From: an uncultured Acidimicrobiia bacterium
GTDB lineage: Bacteria; Actinomycetota; Acidimicrobiia; Acidimicrobiales; AC-14
Direction: 5' to 3'
Assembly (NCBI GenBank): GCA_963836205.1
Contig: CAWIIV010000005.1
Coordinates: 1-25,756 of the forward strand
DNA: 25,756 bases
In this document: positions 25,170-25,756 of the stretch, piece after piece
Layout: every line of letters begins with the position of its first letter
Numbering within the stretch: position 1 is the first letter of the stretch
Program-made: the position numbers and the translations under genes
The notes under the pieces: model-generated
What the model saw: only the letters and a program-made list of their open reading frames with translations
What the model was told of the DNA's origin: nothing
Database searches by the model: none

Positions 25170-25756
25170 GTGGACGACGCCACGCTCGTCCACCAGGCGG
25201 TCGACGGCGACCGCCAGGCCTTCGCGGCCATCTACGACCGCTACGCGCCCCCGATCCACGACTTTCTCCGGTCGATGCTGCGCGACCCGGACGAGGCCGC
25301 CGACGCCCTCCAGGACACCTTCCTGGTGGCCGGCGCCCGTCTCCACCAGCTGCGCGACCCGGAACGGCTCCGGCCGTGGCTCTACGCCATCGCCCGCCAC
25401 CGGGGCCTTCGCTCGATCGAGCGGCGGGCCCGTCACCGCCCGCTGGACGACGTCGAGGTGACCGCCACCGACCCCGATCCGGCCGACGTCGCCGCCGACG
25501 CCGGCGCGGGCGCCGACCTGGCCGCCCTCGTCGCCGCCGCCGCCGACGGCCTCGGCCCCCGCGACCGGGTGGTGCTCGACCTCCACATGCGCCAGGGCCT
25601 CGACGGCCAGGACCTGGGCGACGCCATCGGCGTCAGTGCCAGCCACGCGTATGTCCTGGTCAGCCGCCTGCGGGATCAGGTGGAACGGTCCCTGGGCGCG
25701 CTGCTGGTGGCCCGCCTGGGTCGGGAGGAGTGTCCCGAGTTGGCCACGGTGCTCTC
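25170..25756 (+). CDS. ECF sigma-70 factor with C-terminal extension (truncated by window)
   Basis: Own translation: VDDATLVHQAVDGDRQAFAAIYDRY...AADALQDTFL...LRPWLYAIAR...LGPRDRVVLDL...DLGDAIGVS...VSRLRDQVERSLGALLVARLGREECPEL. TACCAT 6 nt before the GTG. Confidence 0.88.
   Translation, partial: MDDATLVHQAVDGDRQAFAAIYDRYAPPIHDFLRSMLRDPDEAADALQDTFLVAGARLHQLRDPERLRPWLYAIARHRGLRSIERRARHRPLDDVEVTATDPDPADVAADAGAGADLAALVAAAADGLGPRDRVVLDLHMRQGLDGQDLGDAIGVSASHAYVLVSRLRDQVERSLGALLVARLGREECPELATVL

Overview
Very GC-rich actinobacterial DNA (gene style suggests Acidimicrobiia; inference). It holds about 32 genes, mostly accessory or housekeeping, and I recognise no rRNA, tRNA or CRISPR array. The most notable locus is a group 1h (actinobacterial high-affinity type) [NiFe]-hydrogenase, hhyS-hhyL. 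No maturation genes are adjacent. It runs directly into a soluble PAS-HisKA-HATPase histidine kinase and is preceded by a small zinc-ribbon gene with FliA/WhiG (sigma-28)-like promoters. This layout resembles H2-sensing hydrogenase/kinase modules rather than uptake operons. Other contents: two ~41%-identical paralogs of an unrecognised ~105-aa protein 15 kb apart; a MOSC/cysteine desulfurase pair; ilvA; a LexA-boxed DUF222/HNH gene; an ABC exporter with a SigH/sigmaR-type promoter and coupled uORF; a DGGGP-synthase-like UbiA protein; an AlkZ-like glycosylase; an EF-hand protein; a TerB-like protein; and an ECF sigma factor cut by the right edge. Several single-base lesions (one TAG, several frameshifts) may be sequencing errors.
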